A stretch of DNA of 64,000 bases from the NCBI GenBank assembly GCA_963825515.1, contig CAWGTI010000005.1:6396-70395 (forward strand), given 5' to 3'. Under the pieces are notes generated by a model, which did not search any database, was not told the DNA's origin, and saw only the letters and a program-made list of their open reading frames with translations. The DNA comes from an uncultured Solirubrobacterales bacterium (GTDB lineage: Bacteria > Actinomycetota > Thermoleophilia > Solirubrobacterales > Solirubrobacteraceae). Position numbers and translations under genes: made by a program. Position 1 is the first letter of the stretch, and the number at the start of each line of letters is the position of its first letter. Below, one piece after another: positions 26,444 through 36,326 of the stretch.

Positions 26444-28366
26444 CTAGCGACGGGCGACGATCCTGAACGTGACCCGGCGCGGCCGGGAGCGGTTGCCCGC
26501 GGCGTCCGTTGCGGTCACCGTGGCGCGGTAGCGGCCCAGGCGCAGCGCGCGCCGCCCGATGCGCCCCGTGAACGGCGTGCTCACCGCGCCCGGCCCCCGG
26601 CCCGCGCGCGACAGCTGGCCGCTGCGCGCGTGGATCACGCACGCGCGCCGAGCCAGCGCTCGCCGGAGGCGCCGCCCGCTCAATCCGGTGCGACGCAGCT
26701 GCGACCACGCGCCGGCGCGGTTGCGCCGCGTCGCCACGCGGCACGCCAGCCGCCCCGCGCGCCGCAGCCGCATGCGCACGCCGGGCCGCCGCCGCTCGAT
26801 GAGGATGGACACGTTGGCCGGCTCGGACAGCGTGTAGCGAAATCGCGTGCCGCGCGGGGGCGTGCGCCGCCGTTGGGCGGCGACCGCGGTGGGCGCCGGC
26901 GCCACGGCGAACGCTCGGCTCGACATGGACAGCGAGCCGATCACCGGTGCCTCGCCGTCGCCGGGCGGGCCCGGCGCGGCGGGCGTCTCGCCGAGGACGT
27001 CGCGCACGAAGACGTCGGCGTGCTGGGGGTCGATGTCCTCAGCGCTGAGGTTGATCGCGGCCGAGGTGAAGCCTACGAAGCGGCCGGTGAGCGACACGAA
27101 GGGCATGTACGAGTCGCCCTCGCCGCCGCCGCCCTGAGGTCCCGAGGAACGACTGATCAAGAGGGTGGTGTTCGTGGCAGCGTCCCTGATGAGGACGTCG
27201 TTGAACTGGGCCAGCTGGAACGGGGTGATGAGCTCGTAGTCCTCATCGCTGATGTCGCCCGCGCGCGAGTCGAACGCGACGTAGCGCCCGTCGGCCGAGA
27301 TCGAGGGGGCGCCGGAGTTTGCGACGCCGTCCGTATCGGCGCCGGTCCGGCGGCTGACGAGCGTCGTCGTGCTCGCGACCAGGTCGCGTACGAAGACGTC
27401 GGGACCGGTTCGGTCGGTCGCGAACACGGTCGTCAGCGACGTGAATGCGACCTGACGGCCGCCAGCCGAGATCGACGGCTCCGAGGAGTTGAGGTTGCCG
27501 GGGGTTCCCGCCGCGCCGGTGGCCCGGCTGACGAGCGTGGTCGTGGCGTTGTCCAGGTCACGCACGAACACGTTGGTCACGCCCGGGTTGGAGTCACCGC
27601 CGAAGTTGTTGGCGTCCGAGGCAAACGCGACGAAGCGCCCGTCGGGCGAGATCGCGGCGTCCCCTGACGGGCTGTCTCCGGGAGCGCCGAAGGCGCCGGG
27701 GGCGCGGCTGACCAGCGTGGTGGTGTTCGCGACGAGGTCGCGCACGTAGACGTGGGCGTCGCCGTTGTCGGCGCCTGCGCTGATGTTGCGGGCCCGTGAG
27801 GTGAACGCGACGTACCGTCCGTCGGCCGAGACCGCGGCGTCACGCGACAGGCCGTCGGAGGCGGCGCCCTGTGCGCCCGTCGCTCGGCTGACCAGGGTCA
27901 CCGTGTGGGTGGCGAGGTCCCGGGCGAAGACGTCCTCCTCCGGACCGTTCGCGTCGCCGATGTTGCTGGCCAGCGACGCGAAGACGACGACGCGTCCGTC
28001 AGCCGAGATCACAGGGTCGGTGGAGGTGCTGTTGGCGCTCTCGCCTCCGGGCCCGTTGGCACGGCTGATCAGGTGGGTGAGGTTCAGCGCGGTATCGCGG
28101 AGGAACACGTCCCCGCGGTCGGGGGGCTCGCGTCCGTCGAGGTCGTCGTCGGTGAGGGTCGCCGACTCCGAGCTGAACACCACGAACCGCCCGTCCGCAG
28201 TGACGGAACCGCCCTCGGACTGCCGGTCGCCGGCCGCGCCGTTGACGCCGCTGGCTCTGCTGACGAAGACCACGTCGTCCTTCGCCGCGACCGCCACGCC
28301 GGTCCACGCAGCGCCCGCGATCACCGTCGCCAGGCACAGCAGGACCCCTCTCCCCCACCGGATCAT
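26444..28366 (-). CDS. Secreted multi-repeat PD40/TolB-like beta-propeller protein with an Arg-rich Ig-like C-terminal domain
   Basis: ATG at 28366 (MIRWGRGVLLCLATVIAGAAWTGVAVA signal) within ORF 26444..28444. About 8 repeats of the type VFVRDL..TTTLVSRA.G..G...S..P.IS.DGR.VAF.S.A.N. Confidence 0.8.
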   Translation of the reverse strand: MIRWGRGVLLCLATVIAGAAWTGVAVAAKDDVVFVSRASGVNGAAGDRQSEGGSVTADGRFVVFSSESATLTDDDLDGREPPDRGDVFLRDTALNLTHLISRANGPGGESANSTSTDPVISADGRVVVFASLASNIGDANGPEEDVFARDLATHTVTLVSRATGAQGAASDGLSRDAAVSADGRYVAFTSRARNISAGADNGDAHVYVRDLVANTTTLVSRAPGAFGAPGDSPSGDAAISPDGRFVAFASDANNFGGDSNPGVTNVFVRDLDNATTTLVSRATGAAGTPGNLNSSEPSISAGGRQVAFTSLTTVFATDRTGPDVFVRDLVASTTTLVSRRTGADTDGVANSGAPSISADGRYVAFDSRAGDISDEDYELITPFQLAQFNDVLIRDAATNTTLLISRSSGPQGGGGEGDSYMPFVSLTGRFVGFTSAAINLSAEDIDPQHADVFVRDVLGETPAAPGPPGDGEAPVIGSLSMSSRAFAVAPAPTAVAAQRRRTPPRGTRFRYTLSEPANVSILIERRRPGVRMRLRRAGRLACRVATRRNRAGAWSQLRRTGLSGRRLRRALARRACVIHARSGQLSRAGRGPGAVSTPFTGRIGRRALRLGRYRATVTATDAAGNRSRPRRVTFRIVARR

Positions 28367-28444
28367 GCCGTCCCCCTCGTCGCCTTCGGCTTCCGCCGGC
28401 AGAAACCCGCGGGCGCTCCGAACGATGCGGACGGGCCTGACCAA

Positions 28445-29887
28445 TCAGCCGTCGGTGCGCACCTCGGTGCCGTCCTGCGCCCACCGCGTGTGGTAGGTCC
28501 CCTCGCGGTCGGTGCGCTGGTAGGTGTGCGCGCCGAAGAAGTCGCGCTGGCCCTGGATCAGGTTGGCCGGGCCGCGCTCGCGGCGGTAGCCGTCGTAATA
28601 GGCCAGCGAGGAGCTGAAGGCCGGGACCGCGATCCCCAGCTCGACGGCCTTGGCGATGACGCGCCGCCACGGCTCCTGCGCGCCGGCCACCGCGTCGCGG
28701 AAGTAGGGCATGCGCAGGAGGTTGCGGTCGTCGCCGCTGTCGGCGTACGCGTCGCGGATGCGGTTCAGGAAGCGCGCCCGGATGATGCAGCCGCCGCGCC
28801 AGATCGTGGCCAGCGAGCCCAGGTCGAGGTCCCAGCCGTGCGTGCGCGAGGCGGCGGCCATCTGCTCGAAGCCCTGCGCGTAGGCGACGACCTTGCTCGC
28901 GTACAGCGCGTCGCGGATGTCGTCGACGAGGTCCTCGCCGGCGCCGCCGCCCTCCTCCGGCCGCGGGCCCTCGAGCTCCTTGGACGCCTCCAGGCGCTCG
29001 TCGCGCAGCGCCGACAGCGACCGCGCGAACACCGCCTCGGTGATGCCGGTCAGCGCGACGCCGAGCTCGAGCGCGTCCTGCCCCGTCCAGCGCCCGGTGC
29101 CCTTCTGCGCGGCCTGGTCGACGATGACGTCCACCAGCGGCCCGCCGGTGGTCTCGTCGACCTTGGCCAGGACCTTGGCGGTGATCTCGATGAGGAAGGA
29201 CTCCAGGTCGCCGGTGTTCCAGTCCTCGAAGATCGCGGCGATCTGGGCGGGGTCCTTGCCGACGCCGTGGCGCAGGAGGTCGTAGGCCTCGGCGATGAGC
29301 TGCATGTCGGCGTACTCGATGCCGTTGTGGACCATCTTCACGTAGTGCCCGGCGCCGTCGGGGCCGACGTACGTGCAGCACGCCTCGCCGTCCACCTGGG
29401 CGGCGATCGACACGAGGATCTCCTCCACCTCGCCGTAGGCGTCCCGGTCGCCGCCGGGCATGATGCTCGGCCCCAGCAGCGCCCCCTCCTCCCCGCCGGA
29501 GACGCCGGTGCCGATGAAGCGCAGCCCCTGGCCCTCGAGCGCCTCGGTGCGCCGGCGCGTGTCCAGGAAGTGCGAGTTGCCGGCGTCGATGATGATGTCG
29601 CCGTCGTCGAGCAGCGGCGTGAGCTGCTCGATCACGGCGTCCACGGGACCGCCGGCCTTGACCATCACGATGATGCGCCGCGGGCGCGCCAGCGCGTCGA
29701 CGAAGTCCTCGATGGACTCCGCGCCGTGGATGGTCCCCTCGTCGCCGAAGGCCTCGACGAACTCGCGCGTGCGCGCGGGGGTCCGGTTGTGCACGGCGAT
29801 CGGCACGCCGTGGCGCGCGATGTTCCGGGCGAGGTTGGCCCCCATCACGGCCAGCCCGCTGACTCCGATCTGACTCTCTCCGCTCAC
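28445..29887 (-). CDS. gnd: 6-phosphogluconate dehydrogenase, decarboxylating
   Basis: GTG at 29887 (VSGESQIGVSGLAVMGANLARN) within ORF 28445..30073. GHYVKMVHNGIEYADMQLIAEAY...FGAHTYQR. Confidence 0.95.
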   Translation of the reverse strand: MSGESQIGVSGLAVMGANLARNIARHGVPIAVHNRTPARTREFVEAFGDEGTIHGAESIEDFVDALARPRRIIVMVKAGGPVDAVIEQLTPLLDDGDIIIDAGNSHFLDTRRRTEALEGQGLRFIGTGVSGGEEGALLGPSIMPGGDRDAYGEVEEILVSIAAQVDGEACCTYVGPDGAGHYVKMVHNGIEYADMQLIAEAYDLLRHGVGKDPAQIAAIFEDWNTGDLESFLIEITAKVLAKVDETTGGPLVDVIVDQAAQKGTGRWTGQDALELGVALTGITEAVFARSLSALRDERLEASKELEGPRPEEGGGAGEDLVDDIRDALYASKVVAYAQGFEQMAAASRTHGWDLDLGSLATIWRGGCIIRARFLNRIRDAYADSGDDRNLLRMPYFRDAVAGAQEPWRRVIAKAVELGIAVPAFSSSLAYYDGYRRERGPANLIQGQRDFFGAHTYQRTDREGTYHTRWAQDGTEVRTDG

Positions 29888-29987
29888 GCCCTCATCTCCC
29901 TCGTTCGACGCCCGCGAAGCGCTCGCGATGCTGGTCGCGGCAATCCTCTCACGGCTTCGCAAGCGCCGGGCGGCGCAGCGCGCGAAG

Positions 29988-30106
29988 GTGAACGTCGCCT
30001 CATGCACCACAGAGGTGCAGAATCCGACGCTCACGCGGCCGGGCGCGCCCGCGGAACGTGAACGTCGGCTCATGCACCACAGGGGTGCAGAATCCGACGC
30101 TCGCGC
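29988..30106. repeat. Two 49-nt direct repeats (70-nt period), each a two-tier hairpin, in the gnd / MOSC divergent intergenic region
   Basis: gtGAACGTCGcctcaTGCACCacagaGGTGCAgaatCCGACGCTCacgc (29988..30036) and gtGAACGTCGgctcaTGCACCacaggGGTGCAgaatCCGACGCTCgcgc (30058..30106); 3 mismatches between them. Confidence 0.75.
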
Positions 30107-30200
30107 CCCAGCGGCGCCGGGCCGGCGGGGAAATGTTCAGGTCCTCGGCGATGCGCGAGAGCGCCGTCTTCACGACGGCGAGGACCCGCAGCTGGGTGCT
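30105..30200 (-). pseudogene. Relic of a LysR-type regulator N-terminal HTH (no start codon, no effector domain)
   Basis: The minus frame reads TQLRVLAVVKTALSRIAEDLNISPPARRRWG, compared with the LysR consensus qLryFvaVae.gS.srAAerLnisQPAvSrqI. It has very high GC3 in an otherwise non-coding gap and runs directly into the hairpin repeats. Confidence 0.35.
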
Positions 30201-30214
30201 GGCACACTGCCCCG

Positions 30215-31075
30215 ATGCACTCCGTGTCCGCGATCGCAACGGGCCCGGCGCTGAGCCGCTCTGTCGCGGCGTGCCTGGCGTCCATCCTCGAGGTCGAGGC
30301 CTCCGACGTGCCGGTACCGCCCGCGGAGCATCCGGAGCCGTGGACCGTGTGGCGCAACTGGCTGGGTCAGCGCGGGCTGGGGCTGGTGGCCGTGCCCGAG
30401 CCGAGGGAGTTCCACTGGCCGGGGCCGTGGCTGGCGCTTCTGCGCGCCGAGGAGCACGACGGCCTGATCGCGGCGGTCGCGTTCGGCGTCCCGCCGGGAC
30501 TCGTGTGGAGCCCGCTCGCCGGATCCGAGACGTTCGACGCGGTGCAGGCGGGCTACCTGGTCGCGCCCGCCGACGTCGGCCTGTGGGCACCGGTCGAGGT
30601 GGCGACGTCACGCGACGCCGGCCGCGTCGAGGCGCTCGCGCTCGCGGCCGACGCGGAGTCCCCGATGATGCTCGTCGAGCAGGCCGCGGTGCGGGCCGGT
30701 CGTGGCCTGGAGGGCGACCGGTACTTCGACGAGCGCGGCACGTTCTCCAACCCGCACGCGCGCGGCATCGACCTGACGCTCATCGAAGCCGAGGCGCTCG
30801 ACGAGCTCGTGCTTCCCGCGGGACGCCTGGCCCCCGAGGACGCCCGCCGGAACGTCGTGACCCGCGGCATCGACCTCAACGCCCTGGTCGGCCGGCGGTT
30901 CGCCGTCGGGGAGGTGCAGTGCCTCGGGCAGCGGCTGTGCGAGCCCTGCGCGCACCTCCAGCGGCTGACCCGGCCGGGCACGCTGCGCGGGCTCGTACAC
31001 CGCGGCGGGCTGCGGGCGGACGTGCTCACCGACGGCGTCCTGCGGGTCGGCGACCCGGTCCGCCCTGCCAGATGA
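30215..31075 (+). CDS. MOSC domain-containing protein with a ~140-aa N-terminal domain of unknown function
   Basis: 286 aa. The C-terminal MOSC region is GLEGDRYFDE...NVVTRGIDLNALVGRRFAVGEVQCLGQRLCEPCAHL. Confidence 0.85.
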   Translation: MHSVSAIATGPALSRSVAACLASILEVEASDVPVPPAEHPEPWTVWRNWLGQRGLGLVAVPEPREFHWPGPWLALLRAEEHDGLIAAVAFGVPPGLVWSPLAGSETFDAVQAGYLVAPADVGLWAPVEVATSRDAGRVEALALAADAESPMMLVEQAAVRAGRGLEGDRYFDERGTFSNPHARGIDLTLIEAEALDELVLPAGRLAPEDARRNVVTRGIDLNALVGRRFAVGEVQCLGQRLCEPCAHLQRLTRPGTLRGLVHRGGLRADVLTDGVLRVGDPVRPAR

Positions 31076-31133
31076 CGATGGCGTGTGCGCTGGGGCAGCG
31101 CAGCGATCCGCAGTGAAGGGTGCCCGGTAGCGC

Positions 31134-32483
31134 GTGGTGGCTCGGGGTAGGTCACGGCGGATGGCAGCCACGAGCACCTCCGCGCGCGTCGGCACGCTGC
31201 TGGACGCCGACGATGCATCCGAGGGGAGCTCCTGTGAGGGCATCCCCGAGCAGGCGTGCCCGGACGCGCCGCGCAACTACGCGCTGAACGCCGCCAACGG
31301 CGCGGCCACCAAGACCGCCGAGCAGCTCGCGAGCCCGGGCGTGGTGCTCCCGCTGCTGCTGGCGGGGGTCGGGGCGCCCGTCGCGCTCGCGGGAGCGCTC
31401 GAGCCGGTGCGCCGTGGCACCGCGCTGCTGCCCGGCCTCGTCGTCTCCGGGCGCATGCGCGCGTACCCGGTGCGCAAGGGCTTCTGGGTCGCGGCGGGGC
31501 TGGTGCAGGCCGTCACGCTCGTGATCACCGCGTTCGCCGCCGCCGCGATGGAGGGAGTCGCGGCCGGCGTGGTCGTCCTCGCGATGCTCGCGGTGTTCAG
31601 CCTGGCCAGCGGTGCCGGATCCGTCGCGTTCGGCGACGTGATGGGCAAGACGATCCCCAAGCCGCGCCGCGGCCGCCTGCTCGGCCTGCGCGCAGCGCTC
31701 GGCGGTGTGGCCACGATCGTCGTCGGGCTCGCGCTGGCGCTGACGCTCGGGCCCGACGTCGGCCGCGGCGTCTTCGTGGCGCTGCTGCTCGCGGCTGCCG
31801 CGCTGTGGGCCATCGGCTCGTGGCTGTTCGCGCTGACCCGCGAGCCGCCCGGCGCGACCGAGGGCGGGCGCACCCCGCTCGCCGAGGCCCGCGCCGGCGC
31901 GCGGCTGCTGCGCGAGGTCAGGGGATTCCGGCGCTTCCTGCTGGCCCGCGCGCTGCTCGCCGTGACCGAGGTCGCGCTGCCGTTCTACGTGCTGGCCGCT
32001 CGCGAGTCGGGCGTCGACGCGTCCGCCGTCGGCATCTTCCTGGCGGCGTCGGGCCTGGCCGCCGTGGTCAGCAACCCGGTCTGGGGCCGCGTGACCGACG
32101 ACGCGTCGGACCGTGCGGTGATGACCGCCGCGGGGGTCGTGGGCGCCGTCGCAGCGGTGATGGCCGTCGCGCTGCTCGCCGCCGACGTCAGCAGCGCCGC
32201 CGCGTACGCGGCGGTCGTGTTCGTCGCGGTGGTCGCCCAGGAGGGCGTACGGCTCGGCCGCAAGGCGTACCTCGTGACCGCCTCGCCGCCCGACGAGCGA
32301 CCGCTGTACATCGCGCTGGCCAACACCTTGATCGGCGTCGTGATGATCGGGCTCGCGCTCCTCGGCGTCGTCGCGGAGGTCGCCGGCGTGCCCGCCGCGG
32401 TCGGGACCGTGCTCGTGCTCTCGCTGCTCGGCGTGGCGGCCACCCGCTGGACGCCCGAGCCGGAGCTGATGACGCGCGTCTGA
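31134..32483 (+). CDS. MFS transporter
   Basis: 449-aa ORF with about 12 hydrophobic helices. The start is uncertain (31134 or ATG 31161). Confidence 0.85.
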   Translation: MVARGRSRRMAATSTSARVGTLLDADDASEGSSCEGIPEQACPDAPRNYALNAANGAATKTAEQLASPGVVLPLLLAGVGAPVALAGALEPVRRGTALLPGLVVSGRMRAYPVRKGFWVAAGLVQAVTLVITAFAAAAMEGVAAGVVVLAMLAVFSLASGAGSVAFGDVMGKTIPKPRRGRLLGLRAALGGVATIVVGLALALTLGPDVGRGVFVALLLAAAALWAIGSWLFALTREPPGATEGGRTPLAEARAGARLLREVRGFRRFLLARALLAVTEVALPFYVLAARESGVDASAVGIFLAASGLAAVVSNPVWGRVTDDASDRAVMTAAGVVGAVAAVMAVALLAADVSSAAAYAAVVFVAVVAQEGVRLGRKAYLVTASPPDERPLYIALANTLIGVVMIGLALLGVVAEVAGVPAAVGTVLVLSLLGVAATRWTPEPELMTRV

Positions 32484-32888
32484 CTAGCTGCCGTGGTGCT
32501 CGGCCTCGGCCGCGTCGGCCTCGGCCTTCGTGCGGTGCACGGTCTCGGGCGGATGCTCGGGCGGCGAGTACAGCGAGTAGAGCTTCAGGTCGCTGTCGCC
32601 GGTATTGACGACGTTGTGCCACACGCCGGCCGGGACGATGATCGCCCAGTCGTCGCTGACGTCGTGCGTCTGGTCCATCGCGTCCTCGGACTCGCCCATC
32701 TCCACGCGCCCCTGGCCCTGCTCGATGCGCAGGAACTGGTCGATGTCGTCGTGCGCCTCCGCGCCGATGTCCTCGCCGGGCGCCAGCCGCATGACCGTGA
32801 GCTGCGTGTGCTCGCCGGTGAACAGCACCGTCCGGAACGTCTCGTTCTCCAGCGTGACCTTCTCGACGTCATCGACCCAACCGAGCAT
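32484..32888 (-). CDS. Cupin domain protein
   Basis: ATG at 32888 (MLGWVDDVEKV) within ORF 32484..32936. HDDIDQFLRIEQGQGRV...VPAGVWHNVVNTG. Confidence 0.8.
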   Translation of the reverse strand: MLGWVDDVEKVTLENETFRTVLFTGEHTQLTVMRLAPGEDIGAEAHDDIDQFLRIEQGQGRVEMGESEDAMDQTHDVSDDWAIIVPAGVWHNVVNTGDSDLKLYSLYSPPEHPPETVHRTKAEADAAEAEHHGS

Positions 32889-32960
32889 CGCGATCTCCCA
32901 TCGTGGTTTGCCGGACCGCGAGGCGATCCCGAACACCGAGTGCCCGGGTCGGGCGATGGG

Positions 32961-34586
32961 CTAACCGTCGGGTTCCTGCAGCCGTTCGCCGGCCGGCAGG
33001 GTCAAGAACTCGACGAACTCGTCCGCCAGCGCCACCTCTTCGAAGATCTCCCGGGAGAGGTCCGGGCGGCCCTGGTTCTCGAACCAGTCGTCGTCGCCGA
33101 TCTCCTCGCGGATCTTCTCGAGCTCGGAGGTCTCCAGCTCGCGCACGAGGTCGGCGGTGATCGTGCGTCCGTCCTCGAGCTGCGCACCGTGGTGCACCCA
33201 CTGCCAGACCTGTGCCCGCGCGATCTCCGCCGTGGCAGCGTCCTCCATCATCCCGTAGATGGCGGCCGCGCCGACCCCGCGCAGCCACGACGAGATGTAC
33301 TGGATGCCGACGTTGACGTTGCTGCGCAGGCCCTCCTCGGTGATCTCGCCCCCGGTGGCCGGCACGTCGAGCAGCTGCTCGGCGCTCACCTCGACCTCGT
33401 CTCGCCGACGATCGATCTGGTGCGGCCGATCTCCCAGCACCGCGTCGAACTCCTCCATCGCCGCGGCCACCGAGTCGGGGTGCGCCACCCAGGTGCCGTC
33501 GAACCCGTCGCCGGCCTCGCGTCGCTTGTCGTCGCGCAGCGCCGCGAAGGCCTTTTCGTTGGCCGCCTCGTCGGTGCGGCTGGGGATCTGCGCCGCCATG
33601 CCGCCCATGGCGTGCGCGCCGCGCCGGTGACAGGTCTTCACGAGCAGCTCGGTGTAGGCGCGCATGAACGGAACGGTCATCGTGACCTTCTTGCGATCCG
33701 GCGTGACGAACTCCGGCCGTGTGCGGAAGCGCTTGATCGCCGAGAAGATGTAGTCCCAGCGCCCAGCGTTCAGGCCCGCCGAGTGCTCGCGCAGCTCGTA
33801 CAGGATCTCGTCCATCTCGAAGGCCGCGGGGAGCGTCTCGATCAGGACGGTCGCCTTGATCGTGCCGCGCTCCAGCCCGAGGTGGTCCTCGGCTAGGTCG
33901 AAGACGTCGTTCCACAGCCGCGCCTCGCGGTGTGACTCCATCTTCGGCAGGTAGAAGTACGGCCCCGCGCCGCGATCGAGGAGCTCGCGGGCGTTGCGGA
34001 AGGCGTACAGGCCGAAGTCCACGAGCCCGCCGGCCACCGGCTCGCCGTCGACGAGCAGGTGGCGCTCCTCGAGGTGCCAGCCCCGGGGACGTACGTGCAG
34101 CGTCGCGACCGAGTCGTCGAGCCGGTACTGCTTGCCGCCTTCCTCGTGCTCGATCGTGCCGCGGACCGCGTCGGCGAGGTTCACCTGGCCCCCGATCATG
34201 TTGGCCCAGGTCGGCGAGTTGGAGTCCTCGAAGTCCGCCATGAACCCCGACGCGCCAGAGTTCAGCGCGTTGATGACCATCTTCCGGCTGGTGGGCCCGG
34301 TGATCTCCACGCGGCGGCTCTGGAGCGCGTCGGGCTCGGGCGCGACCGTCCAGTCGCCCTCGCGGACGTCCTTCGTGTCGGGCAGGAAGTCCAGCGTGCC
34401 GCCCGCGTCCAGCATCGCCTGACGCTCCGCCCGCGCGGCCAGCAGCTCGCGGCGCGTGGCGTCGGACTCGCGGTGCAGCCGCGCCACGAGCTTCAGCGCG
34501 TCCGCCGTGAGGATCTCGTCGAAGCGCTCGCCCCGCGGGCCGTCGATCTGGACTGCCGAGCGCGCCGAGCTCACGGCAGCATCCAT
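32961..34586 (-). CDS. aceB: Malate synthase A
   Basis: ATG at 34586 within ORF 32961..35012. [35 protein letters not shown]-type ([12 protein letters not shown]). Confidence 0.95.
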   Translation of the reverse strand: MDAAVSSARSAVQIDGPRGERFDEILTADALKLVARLHRESDATRRELLAARAERQAMLDAGGTLDFLPDTKDVREGDWTVAPEPDALQSRRVEITGPTSRKMVINALNSGASGFMADFEDSNSPTWANMIGGQVNLADAVRGTIEHEEGGKQYRLDDSVATLHVRPRGWHLEERHLLVDGEPVAGGLVDFGLYAFRNARELLDRGAGPYFYLPKMESHREARLWNDVFDLAEDHLGLERGTIKATVLIETLPAAFEMDEILYELREHSAGLNAGRWDYIFSAIKRFRTRPEFVTPDRKKVTMTVPFMRAYTELLVKTCHRRGAHAMGGMAAQIPSRTDEAANEKAFAALRDDKRREAGDGFDGTWVAHPDSVAAAMEEFDAVLGDRPHQIDRRRDEVEVSAEQLLDVPATGGEITEEGLRSNVNVGIQYISSWLRGVGAAAIYGMMEDAATAEIARAQVWQWVHHGAQLEDGRTITADLVRELETSELEKIREEIGDDDWFENQGRPDLSREIFEEVALADEFVEFLTLPAGERLQEPDG

Positions 34587-36220
34587 TCCAGGACGGGCGT
34601 GGACTGCAGGTAGACGAGCACGGCCATGAGCACCACCAGCAGCAGGCTCCACTTGAGGACGACGCGGAAGATGTCGCCCTCGCGCCCCGCCATCCCGACC
34701 GCGGCCGCGCCGATGGCCAGGTTCTGCGGGGAGATCATCTTGCCCAGGACGCCGCCGGAGCTGTTGGCGGCGGCCATCAGCGCGGGCGAGAGGCCGGCGT
34801 CCTTGGCCGCCGCGACCTGGAGCGCGCCGAACAGCGAGTTCGAGGACGTGTCCGAGCCGGTCACCGCCACGCCCAGCCAGCCGATGAACGCCGACAGGAA
34901 CGCGAAGACGCCGCCGGCGCCCGCCAGCCACAGCCCGAGCGTGACGGTCTGTCCCGACGTGTTCATGACGAACGCGAGCGCGAGGACGGCCGCCACCGTC
35001 AGGATCGCCCACTTGAGCTGGTCCAGCGTCGCGATGTACGCGCGCAGCGCGCGGCCGATCCCCACCCGCAGGACCGCCAGTGTCGCGAGGCCGGACACGA
35101 GCAGCAGCGTGCCGGCCGCGCCGAGCCAGTTGAAGTTGAAGGTCGCGTCGTAGGGGTCGCCGCCGGCCTTCTCGATGTCGATCCCGGGCCAGGCGAACTC
35201 CTGCGTCACGCTGTCCAGCGCCTCCTTGACGGAGGCGATCTGCGCGATCGAGAACACCGCGACGATCAGCAGGTAGGGCGCGTACGCCGCGGCCACGTCG
35301 GCGCGCGAGTCGCCGCCCGGGCGCACGCCGTGGCGGCGTTCGAGCGCCGGGTCATGCCCCTCCGCACCGGCGATCGCGGGCATGGCCCGTTCGCCCAGCA
35401 GGGGCTCGGCCGGATGCCAGACGCGCAGGAGCGCCACGATCGAGGCCACCGAGACCAGCGCCGCGATGATGTCCGTCAGCTCGATCGAGATGTAGTTGGA
35501 GGCGGCGAACTGGGCGACCGCGAACGACAGCCCCCCGACCGCCGCGGCCGGCCAGGTCTGGCGGATGCCCCGGGTGCCGTCGACCATGCCGACGAGGATC
35601 AGCGGCACGACCAGCGCGAGCACCGGCGTCTGCCGGCCCACGATCTCGCCGAGGGTGTCGGCCGGGATGTCGGTGACCTCGCCGAGGGTGATGATCGGCG
35701 TCGCGATCGCGCCGAAGGCGACCGGCGCCGTGTTGGCCACCAGGGCCACCGCGGCCGCCTTGAGCGGCTGGAAGCCCAGCGCCATCAACATCACCGACGT
35801 GATCGCCACGGGCGTGCCGAACCCCGCGAGCGCCTCGATCAGCGCGCCGAAGCAGAAGGCGATGATGATCGCCTGGATGCGCTGGTCGTCGCTGATGGCG
35901 GCGAACGAGCGCCGCAGCACCTGGAAGTGGCCGGTGTCGACCGTCACCCGATAGATCCAGATCGCGTTGACGACGATCCACATGATCGGAAACAGCCCGA
36001 ACGCCGCGCCCCACGCCGCCGCGTCCAGCGTCTGCCCGACCGGCATCGAGTAGACCGCGAGCGCCACGACGATCCCCACGCCGAGCGAGATCAGCGACGC
36101 CCATTGCGCGGGCATGCGAAGGCCGCCGAGCAGGACGAACAGCGTAAGGAGCGGCAGCACGGCGAAGATCGACGTCAAGCCGAGCGATCCGCCAACCGGG
36201 TCGAGCACCTGCTGATACAC
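34571..36220 (-). CDS. lctP: L-lactate permease family transporter
   Basis: GTG at codon 73 of ORF 34571..36436 ([20 protein letters not shown]), preceded by gaggaggag. LctP family features are present throughout. The stop overlaps the aceB start. Confidence 0.9.
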   Translation of the reverse strand: MYQQVLDPVGGSLGLTSIFAVLPLLTLFVLLGGLRMPAQWASLISLGVGIVVALAVYSMPVGQTLDAAAWGAAFGLFPIMWIVVNAIWIYRVTVDTGHFQVLRRSFAAISDDQRIQAIIIAFCFGALIEALAGFGTPVAITSVMLMALGFQPLKAAAVALVANTAPVAFGAIATPIITLGEVTDIPADTLGEIVGRQTPVLALVVPLILVGMVDGTRGIRQTWPAAAVGGLSFAVAQFAASNYISIELTDIIAALVSVASIVALLRVWHPAEPLLGERAMPAIAGAEGHDPALERRHGVRPGGDSRADVAAAYAPYLLIVAVFSIAQIASVKEALDSVTQEFAWPGIDIEKAGGDPYDATFNFNWLGAAGTLLLVSGLATLAVLRVGIGRALRAYIATLDQLKWAILTVAAVLALAFVMNTSGQTVTLGLWLAGAGGVFAFLSAFIGWLGVAVTGSDTSSNSLFGALQVAAAKDAGLSPALMAAANSSGGVLGKMISPQNLAIGAAAVGMAGREGDIFRVVLKWSLLLVVLMAVLVYLQSTPVLEWMLP

Positions 36221-36326
36221 GGCCTCGCTCCTCCTCGCTGACCGGCCGGCCGACGGCCGAACGCCGCCGGTGGGCGCGGGCTTACCCCACAGGTGTCCCC
36301 CGCCAATCGCGGTAGAACTCCGTGGC

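Noticed and set aside
29988-30254. Tandem small precursor peptides suggested by the repeated translations VNVASCTTEVQNPTL / MNVGSCTTGVQNPTL (plus strand) and SVGFCTSVVHEATFTF / SVGFCTPVVHEPTFTF (minus strand).
   Set aside because: The repeats are 70 nt apart, so they fall in different frames of any one ORF. No stop codons delimit short peptides, and the nucleotide-level two-tier hairpin explains the conservation better.
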